From Styela clava (lineage: Eukaryota), in NCBI RefSeq assembly GCF_964204865.1, contig NC_135256.1, positions 6,696,001-6,760,000 of the forward strand: a stretch of 64,000 nt of DNA, read 5' to 3'. This document shows, piece by piece, positions 24,757 through 36,965 of the stretch (its first letter is position 1; each line of letters begins with the position of its first letter). A program made the position numbers and the translations under genes. The notes under the pieces are model-generated. The model did not search any database and was not told the DNA's origin. It worked only from the letters and a program-made list of their open reading frames with translations.

Positions 24757-26342
24757 GCCGAATTTACTATTTCGAAACGCTTATTCGACTTTTCAGACCG
24801 CAGAAACTATCTGAAAAATAACCGTTTCTGTGTTTGAGATCAAGATAATCGTCAATTCTACCACGTTTCCGTGAAGTAGTGCAATTTACTAAATTTCATG
24901 AAGTTTTTAATATTAAGTTTCATTGCATCAGTGTTTGTGCTACCACTCGTTTCGCCTGATTACTGACATGATTACAGATCGCAAGGATAGGCAAAATAAA
25001 ATATTTTCATCAAATCGAATAATTCGAATATTTTTAACAAATTGTCGAATATCGGATATTTTTAATACAAATACATTGGGCATCCAGAATGCTAGGCCTT
25101 CTAATGTTGGTGAGCTATTTCCGCCCATCCTCTCTTTTTTACAAGGTCTAATTCTTACGCTACGTTTGGTTTTATATTCCTGGGAGAACTATGCGTTCAT
25201 ATGGGCGACATATGTTAAAGACGGCTATTAAAGAGTGAATTCGGGATTTTATTCTGATTCTTATCTTTCACGCCGAGTTTGATCTTCCTCCCCACCGATT
25301 GTAAATTAACTATCCCAATTTTGAGGTAACAATATTATCATTTCTGACGTCGGAATGCGAATATTTATAGTTGATCTTCTTATGATTTTACTTTCCTATT
25401 ATGTCGGTTTTATTTTCGTATTAAATGATGAATGAAAACCCTGGAAAGTTATTGCGTGAATCCTAAATGTTATTTTGAGTTGAAATAATAGTTAAATAAA
25501 TAGGCATGAATGGAAATTCTACTAGTCAAATAATAATTCCTTGGTCAGATTTGAGAAAAATTTCGCACAAATATTTGTTACCTTGGATGACATTTTCAAT
25601 TTTACAAAACGGTGTTGGCGCGCATTATGCAAAACTTAGATATAAAACAATACCCAAATACCTGAAATACGACTCCGCAAATTTGTCGTTTCTGTTTGTT
25701 AGCAAGAGCCGTGAGTAATTCTTGTGGAAATTGGAATCACTTGAAATAAATTCGAAAATGAAATCGCTTCGTGGCACACCAAAATATTTTCGCGGCACAT
25801 TGGCACCCTGGTTGGGAACCACTGAGTTAGATGAACAAGCATTTCTCGTGGAGTTGGGTATAATTATGAGACGTACGAATTTAGCGCAAGTTTGGTGAAG
25901 ATATATTATCAGAATTTATACCAGTGGTTCCCAGCATTTATCGATAAATTTCACTCTGAGCCTATGATGGATCGATCTCTTTGTTCCTCCCTCACTATAT
26001 GCAATTTGTGCCTAGAACTTTGTTTTCCCCTCATTGTTCAATCCCTAGCTAGCGTTATGAGCACTCCAACTTCTGCACAGTTTAAATAGCTTATAATATG
26101 AGCATAAACATGTATTATTAAGTTCACAATCATACTGAAAACAATAAAAATAACAAAATAGGCAAAATGACACCGAATGCAAGTAATATACTGTATGACA
26201 GTCCTTACTGGGGAGGAGTTTTTCCCCACTTGGGAAATTATGAATGAGCCGAATTGTAAACCGGTCATCTCTGAACTGAAATGTCATTAATTTCAGGCTC
26301 GAAGTTTAAACAGAAAACCCCAACAATAAATACTGTCTTGGC

Positions 26343-27353
26343 TTAAAGTCTAGTGTCATTGCCCGGGGTAACTTGTTTGGCTTCCGCTTTATCATTTTTG
26401 CATAATGTAAGACATGGAATGAACTTTTCTCTCCAATCGGCGTAGCAAAAAATAATGCAACATATATTTATAAGAGCATTAATCGACATCAAATATTCGG
26501 AAGCGATTTGAAATACTACGATTGTTGCTATGTCCGTTACCATAGCAACAATTGTTGCTGCAGTGCAACGTTTCATCAGTCGTATGAGATGATCAGGAGG
26601 TTTTTGATTTTGATGAAGAAATTTTAGACTTCGTTGGTGCTTGATTAACGGAACTAAAAAGAGAATGAGGACTGCAATCTGTATTTCAAGCTGAGTACTC
26701 AGCAAGATTAAAGCGAGCGTATGTTTAAAACCATAAATATCTCCAGTATAACGATAGTACCATAATATTGTCAAAACGACGCTGGATAATATGATGAAGC
26801 ATCCTTGAAAATAACTGAAAATTTTCAAATATTTAGAAGAAAGTCGTTTTAAAGTTGGCTCCGTAATAAACAACGTTTGTCGTAACCACAGCAGCATGTA
26901 GACAGATGTTATCAAGCACATGTAGAAGAATTGTGCGGCCAAGTATAACTTGGGCAAGTTAGTTTGACCAAAGCAATTTTCAAATCCACTATATAGTTCT
27001 AACTCTCCAAAATCTTCTATTTCAATGTTCATTTTATCTTCATTGATTATTTCCAAACAATTAGTATAAGTCAATTTACCAATATTTACGGCAGTCAAAC
27101 AAGCACTGAATGTAATACCAAATATGTCAGATAAGAGAATTGCAACATCCATAAGAAATTGTATATTTGAAGGCTTCAAGACATCCTTTACGTTTCGAAT
27201 TCTTGTTCTGTATAAACGTTTCCTGATAAAGATGACCATTTGACAGATAGTGATGTAGAGAAGCAATGCAGTCGATATCAAATTCACACAGAGGTAGCTA
27301 ATATCTGTATTCAATACATAGTCAGGGTCAATGTAATTGCTGTTATAATCCAT
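26343..27353 (-). CDS. Orphan 7TM (GPCR-like) membrane protein, subfamily A copy 3 (336 aa)
   Basis: Intact ORF; inverted paralog of copy 2, including ~500 bp of homologous 3' flank. Confidence 0.87.
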   Translation of the reverse strand: MDYNSNYIDPDYVLNTDISYLCVNLISTALLLYITICQMVIFIRKRLYRTRIRNVKDVLKPSNIQFLMDVAILLSDIFGITFSACLTAVNIGKLTYTNCLEIINEDKMNIEIEDFGELELYSGFENCFGQTNLPKLYLAAQFFYMCLITSVYMLLWLRQTLFITEPTLKRLSSKYLKIFSYFQGCFIILSSVVLTILWYYRYTGDIYGFKHTLALILLSTQLEIQIAVLILFLVPLIKHQRSLKFLHQNQKPPDHLIRLMKRCTAATIVAMVTDIATIVVFQIASEYLMSINALINICCIIFCYADWREKFIPCLTLCKNDKAEAKQVTPGNDTRL

Positions 27354-27561
27354 GAGAAGCTCAACAAATTCGCTTCCACCAAAATAATAAAAAATCTTTT
27401 TTTGTTATTTATATTTCTGTCAACGGGCAATCTCGTTATTTTTAAAACTTTTTCTAAATAATTCTATATTCGAACAAAACAATATTGATTACTCGGAGCG
27501 TCTGAGTAGCTGCTGTTATATGTTCTCTTTCAGTTCAGACCTGCTTCAAGTTAACATAGAA

Positions 27562-27798
27562 AGGCGCTCCAGTAATATGTGAACCAATATGGCGAACACC
27601 GGAACGTAGTATGAGTACCAGGTTAGGGTTAGGACATAGTTTTATTCCAATTGTCGTCATTTTAGTTCTATTACGAGTTCGAGGACTAGCCGAGTGACTT
27701 CAGTAGTATTTGTACATGAAATTACGGCCTAACTTTAACTAGGTACACATACTACGTTCCGGTGTCCGCCATCTTGGTTCACATACCTCTGGAGTACC
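27562..27798. mobile_element. Family P MITE copy ~210 bp upstream of 7TM-A3
   Basis: Same arms and core. Confidence 0.8.
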
Positions 27799-29967
27799 AG
27801 TAAAAGAGTGGCAGGATAAGTGATGCAAAATCCTCATTATTCAAATATGGCTGGGTGTGCGGGACTTCGTTCAGAGTGAAATGTAGAAACATGAAAAATC
27901 TAGAGCCATGCGAGCTATATATAATTTTTTCATTGTGATTTCTGCGATATCTAATGACATGAGGTTTGTAACAAATCAAGTCAAATGTATGATCCATATT
28001 TCCATTTCCATTTTGAGGTGTTCATTTTTGGAAAGGGGACATGACATTGTCACCATTGATATTTTATTCATATAAGTCTTTTTAGAATCAAAGCACTTTG
28101 CAAAGTTTCCTATTTTAGGTGCTCCAGAAGTGTAGAACCAGAGAAGTGTGTACCAATACGGAATTTACTTGGCTAATACAGATAGTCCCCAAACTCGTAA
28201 TAGAACTAAAATAAGGAAAATTGAAATAAAATTATGGCCTGACTCTAACCTGGTAGACACACTACGGAAGAACCCTTTTCTTAATAGCTTATTTACAGTG
28301 CAAAAAAACAGTATTTCATGCGGCTAACTAAACAAAACCCAACAGACTGGTCTACACTAGACTCAATTAGACGACTATCAACTGTCATTTTAATATTTAG
28401 AAGGTAAATAAAATGGTTAAAGCTTTTTTAACTTAATGCATTATTAGGGAAAGAAGTAAATAAACTCCATGCCTATGTAATATTTTTATTGAGCCATAGT
28501 AAATTCTACTTCTACTATTCTATCCTAACAAGAAAACACAAAACAAAAATTCCTTACTATATTGGTAATTATATTACTCAGCAGGTGTAGTGCGTCTAAT
28601 CAATAAACGGAAATGACGCTGTTAAAAATTTCAACTTCTGGGTTGATCAAAAAATCGAATATAAACGTGATCAGATGTTTGGTCTTTTACAGGGCCGGTT
28701 CATGCCTTTCAGGGACCCTGATCACTTGAGAATCTGGTACCCTATACAGAAAAGTAATTTTAATTAACGTGAATCCAGTGTTCCATGTGATCTGAAATTA
28801 AACAAAAGAGTCATGCTCAAATACATGGACACGAAGACTAAAGCGAAAGAGTAGTCTACGTTACCTTTTAATGCATCGGTACCGCCAAAACACTTCCTTG
28901 TTTTACGTAGCACGATTATATTGTGTCTTCCGAGGAGCTGCAGTTCCGTTGCAATAAACACTTAAAAAATCATAAAACTTTTTGCAATAGTGAAGTATGG
29001 GAGAATATTTCTGTTAAACTGTTAACAATAGCTGTAAATACTTGGTAATTATTTCTACTTGATGGTGATATATAGTTTCGACATATTGATTAGCAGAAAT
29101 TGACCTTCCGTAGTTTAAAGTCATATGGTAAAATGCCGGTATTTTCTACGTTTATTTTAAATTTCACATTTGCAGTTTTCCCATAACGCTTCCTGAATGT
29201 AACACAGTGCTCAAGGGTGTCAATAGATCTATTGAAAAATCTCTGAGTCAGAAGTTTGCATTCCGTTGTTCTTGTCAATCGATCAACTGAATGGTACGAC
29301 AACGTTATACTAACTTGAAAAGACGTATCAGTGCTTTGAGGATATTTTCCAGAAAACTATACCAAATATGGGCATGATGAAAAAAGTGTCGTTGTGATCG
29401 TTGTTGAAGCAGAAATCGATAGCAAAAGACATACATTGTTTATTAGTATTTTTAAGAAGAGTAAACATTTATTTTGTCTACGAGAAGGAGCCTGTAGACT
29501 AGTTGCTTTTTTTTACTGACTCGGCCTATTTTACAAATTTTACGGAAAATGGTCAATGAGATTTAGATAATGCATAAGGTCGATACATGCACTTGGAAAC
29601 ATTGGAAATATTTTTTATAATTGTTAACTTGGTATGAAATTCACAACAATAATTAAAATCAATTTCCTGATTTTTTGCAAAGATGGCCCTAACATTTTGC
29701 CGAATGTTCTACGATAAACGATCGATACAACGTTATCCGCACAAGGGACAGAAGCCGGTTCAAATTGCAAATTATTTAAATAACATATATGAAAAAGCCT
29801 AACTCGACAAATATATTGTTTGCATAACATCCGTGGTGCAAAATAAATATAAGTATAAACGCTCCTTTTTATGCAAAATGTCGGTGCACTCATTTTAACC
29901 TATTTTTGTTTTTAAAAAGCATTATAACTAAATTTTCATTGCTTTAACGTTCCGGAGTTTCTATAAT

Positions 29968-30981
29968 ATGTGGTTTCTACAAAAAAGCTAAAATGTTTCG
30001 GCCAATGATACCGATTCATTTTACAGCAAAAACGAAGTATTTAGAGTATGGCTGTTTGCTGTGATTTTTGCATCCTTCACGTTTCTCTTAAACTTCTATG
30101 TCTTGGTCGTTACTTTGATTTATGAATGGAAAGTACAAAAGGTAAACAGAGAAATCATGAACCGAATTTGTCAGGAGAATCGATATTCAAGAATGAAAAA
30201 CATATAGCTAGTGACGTCATGAGATACTTAATCATAACGTTTCTGATTTTGTTCGTTGCTGTCGGATGCCTTGATGCTGTTGAATTACGTTATTTTTATG
30301 ACAATGAAGTGGATCTGTGCAGAATCCTACGATATGTGAAGCATCTTTTAGTGGCCATTTGTCTTTTTATACCGTATCTGATTTACTGGATGCGTCAGAG
30401 ACAATTTTACAGATGCAACAAATTTATGCGAACATTGAGTTGGCTAGTATTAGCTTTCATCATCATTGGTGTGCTTCTTACGGGTTTAATTATAATTCTT
30501 ATTCGTGGCAAATACAGCAATACCTTACTAGGTTGCTCATCTGAAAAGAGATATACGATCCCCATTGTGCTTTTGCAATCAGCATTTGCATATATTGCTA
30601 TGGCAATTTTCCAATTTTCTTCACTTTTTCTCTTTGTTTATCCTTTATGGAAATTAAGAAAAAATCATAATTCATAATGCGAGTTCCAGAAAATTAATGA
30701 AACGAATTAAACGTTGTTCAATTGCTACAGCTGTATCGATCTTTGTAATGACGATTGGTCCTTCAATTTCTTCTATATACAATTCGTACTTTCACCTGTT
30801 AATTTTTGATTCGCTTGTATTGGAATTCGTAGTCCTAGTTGCTACTATCTGTGTCATAGCTTCCTTCGATGAATGGAAACTTAGGCTGTTTCCGTTTGCT
30901 CATCACGTAACATTTGTTCAAGCTACAATCACAGATTGGCCTCACAGTCATTCTTATCATAATACTACTATTTTCGGATGA
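29968..30981 (+). pseudogene. Pseudogene of orphan 7TM subfamily B
   Basis: Colinear with intact 34122-35144 but has TAA at codon 8 (29989-29991), a 1-bp deletion near 30196, a 21-bp in-frame deletion after RQFY, and a TCATAAT duplication giving stop/frameshift near 30670. ORF-track pieces 30126-30677 and 30697-30981 are its fragments. Confidence 0.88.
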
Positions 30982-32228
30982 ATACATAAAATACTAATTG
31001 TCTGCCTTACCCTGTGATGCAAATAGGAAAATCTATTATCCGATTTTTTCTAACTTTTTGCACAATTGCATTGTGTCTATTATACTCATTAAATTAAAAC
31101 AGCGGTTCTCGTGACTATTTTGAAATTACTATTTTACTTTGCTTTACTTAGCTAAAAACTACAAACAGCGAAAAAATAAGTCTCACGCGAATGCTCATTT
31201 AATTACTCATATATTGTTTTACATGCTGTATGCTTATATAGTAAAATTAGGTATCATTTATATTCATCCTTTTGACAATATACTATTCATTAATTTTCAT
31301 ATTTATATTGATTCGCTTTCATTCTTTATTACACTCTGTTGTAGTTTATAATATGTAGGTTTATCATGTACTTATTATTTATCGCTATCTTTATTCGTTG
31401 TGTTTTTGATTTTTCCAAGACTAAGAATTTAATTCATCAAACTACGCGTGTGTAAAGCAGTGATTCTTTGAATTTGACTTATCTATTTTAAAACTTTTAT
31501 TGCCCTTTTTCCAGGTCGCAATTCCGATTTTGTTTAGTGCAAGTAGTTTAAAATGTGTGCGAAAATAAGCATTATACTACCAACAATAATAATAATATAA
31601 ATAAAGAATATCAGTAACCCTGTTAGGAAAGGTGGTTGTAGAGTTTAGTCCAACGTGGTTTAGAATTGATAATAATAATAAATAATAATATAAATGAAGA
31701 ATATTAGTAATATAATAGCAATTACAAAGTAAAATTTTCTTCCAAAAATGACAAAATTTTTTTCGGGAAAGGTGGGTGTAAAGTTTCCTCGATACATAAT
31801 TTGACATAGACAGCGACAAACTATGAGACAAACTATGGGTCGCGACCCACTGGTGGCCGGTGGGTCGCAAAAGGAATCGTAGTGGGTCGTGAAAAGATGT
31901 AGAAATCTTTGGTTAGTTATACTGGTTATTAGGATTGGTGGCAAGTGGCAACTCGAATGCGTAAATCTTCAAAAAAAAAAAAAAATTAAATTGAATTTAA
32001 ATTCTAATCTGTGAAAGTTTCCTTTTTACGATCTTATCAAAGGAACAAAAATTTGCTACTCAAAGAATAACCATGTGGTTTTTTTTACGCATAGCAGTTT
32101 GGAACACTGTACAGCACATATTACCGTGTTTACATATTTTTGTTTGATAATATTTGTCTAAATCATGTTGAGTATATAATGCGTTTCAAAGTATTCAAAA
32201 AAAAATTCTCAGAGCATTAAATTCTGTC

Positions 32229-32570
32229 ATGGGGTTGGTATTGCTGGTGGGATACACTTCAGTTCAGCTCGATCGGCATTATCTTTTGAAAAACCATTTC
32301 CATGATGTTGGTGAGGCCGTCTTCATTTACTCAAGAGTGACCAAAAATAAATATTTGGAAGATTTTATTGCTACGTCAGTCAGTCAATTGAGCAGTAACG
32401 CTTCTTTCGTACGTTGCAATGACAATAGGGAGCACTTCAGCAAATTTACTATAACGCTTCCTGATTGTGACGCAGTGCTCAAGGGTGTCAATGGATGTAT
32501 TAAAAAATTCTGACTCTGGAGTTTGCATTCCATTGTTCTTGTCAATTGAACGGCAACGTTATATAAGGTA
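32229..32570 (+). pseudogene. Possible decayed small secreted-protein gene repeated in each subfamily B duplication unit
   Basis: 94-aa ORF with hydrophobic start; homologous broken copies at ~29165-29370 and 37292-37475 conserve peptide blocks with several third-position changes. Confidence 0.35.
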
Positions 32571-33184
32571 ATTGGTGGAAAGGTGGTAGCATATATATCA
32601 GTACTTTCATGAAATCTATACCGAATGTGGGATAACGTCAGAAATTTTTTGCTTGTCGCTAAATCGGACAGGGCCGAAAGTGTTTATCAGAATATTTGTA
32701 AAATGAGAAAACTTATATTTTGTCCACGAAAATGAGAATGAGGAATTTTACCGAATTTAATCCAGGAGTTTTAGATGAAGTTGAAAGTAGACACATGCCC
32801 TTGAAAACGTAGAAGAAAATTTCTCATAATGCATGCCTATTGGTAAGAAAGTAAATATGGACTTGTTGTTGTTTGTTTGTTGTTGGGGAGGAAAAAGCTT
32901 TCGAATTCGAAGTTGTCGAATTAGAACTATACTCAGAACCATAACGAGACAATTCTTAACTTTCAACTCCAACGTACGATACGACAATCAACTAGTGAAC
33001 AATGGCCATAGTTTATGTACTAAAAACTAAATAATAATACATAAAAATGTCTTAATTACGCGTGGAACTGGGATAAATATTACTAGAACTAGGTATTAGT
33101 TGTGAAATAGTTCGGGACTATTTAACTCGATTATGTCCAGTAAAAAACAAGTTATGACGATTTATAATTTAGAATAGTCTATAT

Positions 33185-33850
33185 CAAGGGTGGCAAACAT
33201 CAACCGGTAGCGTGCCACGTCTCAAGTAGTCGATCGCGTCTGATGTTGAGTGAATTTATAAAATGTCCCAAAAATTACCTTGACCAGTTTCATGCATCGC
33301 AATGTGTTTCAAATCAGGAAAAATACAGTACTGTATACGCGCAAAATACGTCATACACATACAATATTTGAGTTTGGGCAAACCTGATAGATCATATTTT
33401 TACGAAACAAATAAAAGGTTCAGCCAAGGTTTAGAAATGAAACTGCAGAATATCGAATGTCTGGACTGACAAACGATCCCACAAAAACATCTGCAATACG
33501 GGGAAGTTATTGTCTCACTCCAAGAGTAGTGTGATAAATTGTATTCGCAATGGTAGCACTGACATCAAAATGCCGTATTATTTCTAATTCCAAGCGAGCG
33601 AAGGAAGAGTCGGACTTGGAGTGAATTGTAAATTAGATACTGAAGTTTGAGCAGTAATGTAACATTGATGGTTCGAGAATATTTATATTTTCCTGTTTAG
33701 ATAATATGGATACTTGGCAAGGTTTTCAGAGGAATTTTCAACACTTACGACTAAAAATTAGACAGGACTTAGATCTGAATTGTATGATTCGAATAAATCT
33801 TAACTAAATGAGGAAAATTTACTCTGCTTTAAGCAGCTTTGCCACCCCTG
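33185..33850. mobile_element. hAT MITE upstream of the intact subfamily B gene
   Basis: CAAGGGTGGCAAA / TTTGCCACCCCTG; flanks GTCTATAT / ATCTATAT. Confidence 0.8.
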
Positions 33851-34121
33851 ATCTATATATTAACTTGTTTGACTCCGTTTAATATTATTAATTTCAAAAA
33901 CAACAGTAAAATCTTACTAAAATAACAAAATTATCCCCATATACAATCATATGAAATCACAATATTCATTATATATATATAAAACAAAAATCTTTATATG
34001 CATGGTTTTCTGAGGCTAAAATTCGATGTACTTTCAATGTACTAATGGCAATGCACTAATTTCAACCTATTTGTTGTTTTTAAAAACAATTACTAATAAA
34101 ATTTCTAATAGTTTCTACAAG

Positions 34122-35144
34122 ATGTGGTTTCTACAAATAAGTCAAAATATTTCGGCCAATGATACCATTTCATTCTATAAAGACGAAGTATATAGACAAT
34201 GGCTGGCGGCTGTAGTTTTTGCATCTTTTACATTTTTCATAAACTTCTACGTCTTGGTCGTAACTTTGATTTATGAATGGAAAGTACAAAAAGAAAACAG
34301 GGAAATCATGAACCGAATTCGTCAGGAGAATCGATATTCAAGAATGAGAAAACATATAGCTAGTGACGTCATGAGATACTTAATCATTACGTTTCTGATT
34401 TTGTTCGTTGCTGTGGGATGTCTTGATGCTGTTGAATTACGTTATTCTTATGACCATGAAGTGGATATATGCAGAAACCTGCGATATGTGAAGCATTTTT
34501 TAGTCGCTATTTGTCTTCTTATACCGTATCTGATTTACTGGTTGCGTCAGAGACAATTTTACAAGTCAGATTTACTGAAGCCAATATGCAACAAATTTAT
34601 GCAAGTATTGAGTTGGCTCGTCTTAGCTTTTATGATCATTGGTTTGGTTACGGGTTTACTCATAATGATTTTTCGTGGCGAATATAGCAATACTTCAATA
34701 GGTTGCTCATCTGAAAAGGAAGATCCCACCCCCCTACTGCTGTTGCAAACAGCATCTGCGTATATTGCTTTGATAATTTTTCAATTTTCTTTACTTTTTC
34801 TTTTTGTTTATCCATTATGGAAATTAAGAAAAAATCATAATGCAAATGCCAGAAGATTAATGAAACAAATTAAACGGTCTTCGATCGCTACAACAATAAC
34901 ATTCTTTGCAATGATGGTTGGTCCTATAGTTTCTTTTATATACAATTCGTACTTTCACTTGATAATTTTTGATTCGCTTGTACTGGAATTCGTAATCCTA
35001 GTTGCTACTATCTGTGTCATAGCTTCCTTTGATGAATGGAAACTGAGGTTGTTTCCCTTTGCTCATCACGTCACATTAGTTCAAGCTACAATCACAGATA
35101 GGCCTCACAGTCATTCTTATCATAATACTACTATTTTCGGATGA
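34122..35144 (+). CDS. Orphan 7TM (GPCR-like) membrane protein, subfamily B, intact (~340 aa)
   Basis: ORF opens at 34026, but the ATG at 34122 (MWFLQ) matches the start of the pseudogene paralog. N-terminal sequons NIS/NDT, seven hydrophobic segments, Cys at top of TM3 (DICRN) and in loop TM4-5 (GCSS), motifs YWLRQ, LFVYPLWK, FDEWKLRLFP. Confidence 0.87.
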   Translation: MWFLQISQNISANDTISFYKDEVYRQWLAAVVFASFTFFINFYVLVVTLIYEWKVQKENREIMNRIRQENRYSRMRKHIASDVMRYLIITFLILFVAVGCLDAVELRYSYDHEVDICRNLRYVKHFLVAICLLIPYLIYWLRQRQFYKSDLLKPICNKFMQVLSWLVLAFMIIGLVTGLLIMIFRGEYSNTSIGCSSEKEDPTPLLLLQTASAYIALIIFQFSLLFLFVYPLWKLRKNHNANARRLMKQIKRSSIATTITFFAMMVGPIVSFIYNSYFHLIIFDSLVLEFVILVATICVIASFDEWKLRLFPFAHHVTLVQATITDRPHSHSYHNTTIFG

Positions 35145-35925
35145 ATACAAAGAAAATTATTTGTATCTGAGATTGCCTCCCGTTTTGATGTTCATGGGAA
35201 AAGAATTATGATAATTATCATGTTATTTTCCGTTTTTTAACTTTGCGCACAATTTACGTGAAAATATCACTGTCTTTTTCTCAAGAAATTTCCTTGAAAA
35301 ATGTTCCCCGACCTGGGTTGAAATTACGAATTTTGCTCTGCTGTAATCAACCATAAACTAGCCTACAATGATTGAAAAAATAGGTCTACACATAGAATGC
35401 ACATTTATTCACTCAAATACATATTGTTTTATATGTTGTACTTATATAGTGAAATAAACATCATTTATTTTCATCTTTTCGACAATATGCTATTGTAAAA
35501 TGTTTTGTATTCGCTTTTATGCTTTATTACACATTGTTGTATTTATCGTTATCTTTATTCGTCGTATTTTTACTTTTTCTAAGACTAAAAATTTTATTCA
35601 CCAAACTGAAACCATTATTGGGTCATATGTAAAAAGACGACGTGTAGTTAAAGCAGCGATTCTTTGAATTCTGTCCTTCGCCTATTATAAAACTCTTTAT
35701 TGTCTCTTCAATATACATAAACAATATGTTGTTAATTCAGTCTTCCATGGACCATTATCCAATGGTGTTCGCAAGTCGCACCCCGCTTTATAATGTGCGC
35801 GTAAATAAGTATAATATTAACAACAATATTAATAATATAAATGGAGAATATCAGTAATATAATAGCAATTGCAAAGCAAAATTTTCTTCCACAGAAGATT
35901 ATAGAGGAAACTCTCTGTCTTTCCA

Positions 35926-36965
35926 CAGAAGATTAATGAAACGAATTAAACGGTCTTCGATCGCTACAACAATAACATTCTTTGCAATGATGGTTGGTCC
36001 TATAATTTCTATTATATACAATTCGTACTTTCACTTGATAATTTTTGATTCGCTTGTACTGGAATTTGTAATCCTAGTTGCTACTATCTGTGTCATAGCT
36101 TCCTTTGATGAATGGAAACTTAGGTTGTTTCCCTTTGCTCATCACGTAACATTAGTTCAAGCTACAGTCACAGATAGGCCTCACAGTCATTCTTATCATA
36201 ATACTACTATTTTCGGATGAATACAAAGAAAATTATTTGTATCTGAGATTGCCTCCCGTTTTGATGTTCATGGGAAAAGAATTATGATATTTATCATGTT
36301 ATTTTCCGTTTTTTAACTTTGCGCACAATTTTCGTGAAAATATCACTGTCTTTTTCTCAAGAAATTTCCTTGAAAAAGGTTCCCCGACCTGGGTTGAAAT
36401 TACGAATTTTGCTCTGCTGTAATCAACCATAAACTAGCCTACAATGATTGAAAAAATAAGTCTGCACATAGAATGCACATTTAATCACTCAAATACATAT
36501 TGTTTTATATGTTGTACTTATATAGTGAAATAAACATCATTTATTTTCATCTTTTCGACAATATGCTATTGTAAAATGTTTTGTATTCGCGTTTATGCTT
36601 TATTACACATTGTTGTATTTATCGTTATCTTTATTCGTCGTATTTTTACTTTTTCTAACACTAAAAATTTTATTCACCAAACTGAAACCATTATTGGGTC
36701 ATATGTAAAAAGACGATGTGTAGTTAAAGAAGCGATTCTTTGAATTCTGTCCTTCGCCCATTATAAAACTCTTTATTGTCTCTTCAATATACATAAACAA
36801 TACTTTGTTAATTCAGTCTTCCATGGACCATTATCTAATGGTGTTCGCAAGTCGCACCCCGCTTTATAATGTGTGCGTAAATAAGTATAATATTAACAAC
36901 AATATTAATAATATAAATGGAGAATATCAGTAATATGATAGCAATTACAAAGCAAAATTTTCTTC
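35926..36965 (+). pseudogene. Recent ~1.08-kb tandem duplicate of the 3' end (TM6-TM7 plus 3' flank) of the subfamily B gene; 94-aa ORF 35936-36220
   Basis: Near-identical to 34850-35889 with an offset of 1076 bp; the 5' two-thirds of the gene is missing. Confidence 0.85.

Larger units (their letters stand above)
22064..25824. mobile_element. Non-autonomous hAT element hosting two nested hAT elements
   Basis: Termini CAGTGGTTTTCAACC / GGTTGGGAACCACTG; flanks AGTTAGGT / AGTTAGAT (8-bp TSD, 1 mismatch). Confidence 0.75.

Noticed and set aside
30126-30677. 183-aa ORF as an independent gene
   Set aside because: It is a frameshifted middle piece of the subfamily B pseudogene; its first ~23 residues are out of frame.
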